From positions 2,542,001 to 2,606,000 of the forward strand of contig SMSO01000034.1 of the NCBI GenBank assembly GCA_004764695.1: 64,000 bases of DNA. Reading direction: 5' to 3'. The notes below the pieces were generated by a model. It searched no databases. It saw nothing but the letters and a program-made list of their open reading frames with translations, and was not told where the DNA came from. Shown here one piece after another: positions 62,703 to 64,000 of this stretch. This DNA is from Schizochytrium sp. TIO01 (Eukaryota; Protista; Bigyra: Labyrinthulomycetes). The stretch's first letter is position 1; every line of letters starts with the position of its first letter. The position numbers were made by a program, and so were the translations under genes.

Positions 62703-64000
62703 GCCTCTTTTTATCCTTGTTGCACAACCATTTCAAATCTGAATATGAATGAGCTCTTCGCATTTTCACCTTCACACATCAAAACAAATGTAACAACGGC
62801 ACCGGGGGAGGTGCCAAAATCAAACACTATAGTAAATTGTAAAAGTATAGAAAAAGAACCAGATGGTTCCTTCTTTGTTATTGTTTATTCTACAAAGTTA
62901 CATTGGGAACTGATGCGCTTCTTTTGACATTCTAAGCAGCGCTCTTGGTCAAACCCGCTCATGAATAAGTAAACGTCATCATCTTGCTCAGTTTTGACCA
63001 AACTCTCTTTTTATACGCTACACTCTATTTGCGTGACGAGTCTCTGATCTCGACAAATGGGTTCACTGACTGTATTCATTGTGTAGTGATCCGGTTTATC
63101 TGTGCAGATAGGTTTACTTTTGTGTAGCCGTTACAAAATGTAAGGGTTCTTGTAAAACCTCGAGCAAAGTAAACCCTAGGTGGTTTTAGGCGGCTAATGT
63201 TCCAGCACTCGAAAACTGAGACACTTCAAGTTCCGGTTCTAGAAAAGTTGCATAGCGAGCTGGCGAAAGATGTTGAAGTCGGCCTTCGGGCAGGAGTACT
63301 TGTACGTTTACAAAAATGCTTAGTAATGTACCTACATTATATGGGGTGTACGGTGTGAATTAAAAATTCTCTTATTCTGTTAATATTATATTTTACTAAA
63401 GGACAAGGGAAAATATAAATATATGTATATATGGAGCCTTTTTGCGAAGAACATCGAATCAAGAAGACACATGGTTGTCACTTCTATAATACCACCTTTT
63501 GAACTTATTGAGGATCGCTGGAAGTTGTGACTCTCTCAAACGATAAGATGTATGAGATAAAAGGTCACAGTGTTTGCAAATCGCTATACTATTGGATGTG
63601 TCTACACGCTCTGCATGACTGTGTTTAGGGAGAAAACAAACCCGATGACTCTGATCTACTAGAATTCTCAGGCCTTGAAGAGATGCTTTCATATTCAGTA
63701 ATTCTATTAAATGAAGCAACTTTTTTGGCGCAGTCGGACCATTTTGGCTAGGCCTAGGGCTCGATTCAGCAGGAAGCACCGCATGAAGCACCGCATGAAG
63801 CACCGCATGAATCACAGGCACATGTGTTCAAACGACTAACGTGAATTTGTAAACGCTTTGCTTTCCTGATAATAAGGATTATAGCACGGTATCGTAAATA
63901 TCTGAGCATCCCAAGCGACTAAGAAGACTATTATCACGTTATTGCCTCAAGTATTTACAATAATGTCGAGATTTTGCAATATTGGGGTTTCATTGGCTAG

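Noticed and set aside
63773-63812. 12-bp tandem repeat (GCATGAAGCACC) and its 120-aa ORF
   Set aside because: Three-copy simple repeat with no evidence of function.

Overview
Eukaryotic protist DNA with spliceosomal introns; the gene content suggests a stramenopile, possibly a labyrinthulomycete/thraustochytrid, but this is inference. Three zones. (1) 1-17.4 kb: a host gene built from one-LRR-per-exon modules (84-bp, phase-2 exons) that ends in a RING/RBR-type E3-ligase exon. One of its introns is interrupted at about 1212-15317 by a gene-dense, intronless block with Mirusviricota-like content: heliorhodopsin, TATA-binding protein, a candidate portal, a claudin-like protein and other membrane proteins. 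The block is headed by an N-terminally cut tyrosine recombinase that is in frame with an LRR exon. A 91-bp perfect direct repeat brackets the block, and a 41-bp inverted repeat brackets its Cys-rich gene. (2) 17.4-38 kb: a rearranged zone with orphan ORFs, a segmental duplication, a divergent histone H3 plus an H3 relic, and a frameshifted gene fusing a family-A-like (TV-Pol-type) polymerase to a UL9/origin-binding-protein-like SF2 helicase. (3) 38.8-62.7 kb: host cell-surface genes, namely a LamG/cadherin-like protein, two large paralogous surface proteins, two paralogous multi-pass membrane proteins and a class C GPCR with four tandem Cache-like domains. All family calls come from motif recognition by eye; no database searches were run.
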